64,000 nucleotides of DNA, taken from the NCBI GenBank assembly GCA_002297365.1, contig DBKT01000012.1, positions 22,941 to 86,940 of the forward strand, in the 5' to 3' direction. Source of the DNA: Bacillales bacterium UBA743. Its GTDB lineage: Bacteria > Bacillota_I > Bacilli_A > RFN20 > CAG-826. A program made the translations under genes and the position numbers. Of the stretch, positions 62,884 to 64,000 are shown piece by piece. Position 1 is the first letter of the stretch; each line of letters begins with the position of its first letter. Under the pieces are notes generated by a model. That model saw only the letters and a program-made list of their open reading frames with translations. It ran no database searches and was not told where the DNA came from.

Positions 62884-63246
62884 CTAGCGAAGAGAAAGCT
62901 CTTGGAAAGTAAATGCGCAATAACGATGATCTCCTTTGATGAAAAGCGATAAGAAGAAACAGACGTTTTCTAAGGCCTTATCTCGAGAATGATCAAGCAA
63001 AGTGTTTTCTATAAGAAAAGCGTATGTAAGGCTTTCGCGATATTCTTCAGAAGGAAGCTTGCCGTTCTCCGTAAGAACGATATCCGGTTCACTTGCCGTT
63101 AGTTTGGTTTTATCCGAAGCAATTTTTTGATGAAAATCAATGTTCTTTTCATTGGCAAAATCTTCCACTTTTTTTCGAACCATAATTGGAATGATAAGTT
63201 TGATCAGAACTAATGTTGGAGAAAGAAAAAACGGAAAGACCAACAT
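62884..63246 (-). CDS. Hypothetical small protein between queA and queH, possible N-terminal TM
   Basis: 120-aa ORF with no motif recognised. The start is uncertain; an alternative ATG lies at 63183. Confidence 0.3.
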   Translation of the reverse strand: MLVFPFFLSPTLVLIKLIIPIMVRKKVEDFANEKNIDFHQKIASDKTKLTASEPDIVLTENGKLPSEEYRESLTYAFLIENTLLDHSRDKALENVCFFLSLFIKGDHRYCAFTFQELSLR

Positions 63247-63399
63247 TCCCTTTCAAAGATCAATAAAACTCTCATAAAGAACTTCACATATCTTCTAGCA
63301 AAGGTTGTGTTCGCCTCAAAAGCGGCTTAAAGGCAGATGTCTCAAAACCTTTTCCTTTTTATCATTTATGCAATCTTTTATAAGCCCTTCAAGCAAAAA

Positions 63400-64000
63400 T
63401 TATTCCATGGTTTTGGAATAGTCAAAAGGTTCGCCATATATGAACATGGCATCTCCGAATGAGAAGAAACGGTATTTATCTTTGACAGCCTCTTTGTAGC
63501 AAGAAAGAATGAAACTTCTGCCCGCAAAAGCGGATACGAGTTCCACCAATGTGGATTTAGGAAGATGGAAGTTCGTAATGATAGCATCCACTGCTTTATA
63601 TTGATATCCAGGTTCTATATAAAGCCTAGTAGCTTCTCTTGTGGCTTTGAATTGACCATATTTGCCATAGATTGTTTCTAAAGTACGGATGGACGTTGTA
63701 CCTATCGCAATGATACGTCTCCCCTCTTTTTTGGCTTGATTCAAATGAGAGGCCACTTCTTCACTCATTTCAATGACTTCCGAGTGCATGATATGGTCTT
63801 TGGTGTCTTGAACTTTAACAGGACGGAAAGTGCCTAAGCCAATGTTGAGAGTAATGTCTTCTACTGCGACGCCTTTCTTTTTGATTTCATCGAAGAGCTC
63901 ATTCGTGAAATGGAAACCGGCGGTTGGAGCTGCAGCCGATCCAGGAATTTTGGCATAGACAGTTTGATAGTCGTCGTTATTCGCACATTGTTTTTTGATA
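63400..64000 (-). CDS. queA: S-adenosylmethionine:tRNA ribosyltransferase-isomerase, C-terminal part (N-terminus beyond window end)
   Basis: ...[20 protein letters not shown]...[10 protein letters not shown]...[15 protein letters not shown]...[19 protein letters not shown]...[12 protein letters not shown]. The frame stays open to position 64000. Confidence 0.9.
   Translation of the reverse strand, partial: IKKQCANNDDYQTVYAKIPGSAAAPTAGFHFTNELFDEIKKKGVAVEDITLNIGLGTFRPVKVQDTKDHIMHSEVIEMSEEVASHLNQAKKEGRRIIAIGTTSIRTLETIYGKYGQFKATREATRLYIEPGYQYKAVDAIITNFHLPKSTLVELVSAFAGRSFILSCYKEAVKDKYRFFSFGDAMFIYGEPFDYSKTME

Overview
Most of this window is a minus-strand block of translation and transcription genes from a moderately AT-rich Bacillota/Mollicutes-like bacterium. 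It uses the standard code: TGA ends infA, map, the P-type ATPase and others. Read on the minus strand from 64000 to 1, the order is as follows. (1) queA (partial), a small ORF, queH. (2) A cluster of four lipoprotein genes. (3) A 676-nt ORF-free spacer. (4) The complete S10-spc-alpha operons, rpsJ to rplQ, including secY-adk-map-infA-rpmJ; rpmD/L30 is absent. (5) A HAD hydrolase and a polytopic membrane protein. (6) cysS-mgtC-rlmB-like-sigH-like-rpmG-secE-nusG. (7) An ArsR/P1B-ATPase metal cassette inserted before rplK. (8) rplKAJL, a ybxB-like methyltransferase, rpoB, rpoC. (9) A 2.5-kb accessory insertion with a Zn-ribbon ORF, a GC-rich pseudogene-like island and a GT-C-type membrane glycosyltransferase. 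(10) rpsL-rpsG-fusA-tuf. (11) Three tandem RDD-family membrane paralogues with a small divergent wHTH gene. (12) A multi-OB-fold lipoprotein, a CUT1-type ABC importer and a staphylococcal-nuclease lipoprotein. (13) A small membrane protein, tRNA-Lys(CTT) and a further lipoprotein gene that runs off the window. No CRISPR array, transposase, integrase or recognisable defence system was seen. The observations most worth follow-up are these. (a) The nuclease/OB-fold/ABC locus looks like an extracellular nucleic-acid scavenging system. (b) The split-RDD triplet sits next to a candidate regulator. (c) A perfect palindrome TTGTGCA-N3-TGCACAA occurs twice, each time upstream of a ribosomal-protein operon promoter. 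(d) Five accessory genes share a TATAAT-N6-9-ATG arrangement with no Shine-Dalgarno, suggesting leaderless mRNAs. (e) A GC-rich island carries one SD-led reading frame broken only by two TGA codons. (f) Several ribosomal proteins carry long low-complexity extensions, and L5 and L22 share an identical 11-residue N-terminus. All functional calls come from reading the translated ORFs and motifs by eye; no database search was run.
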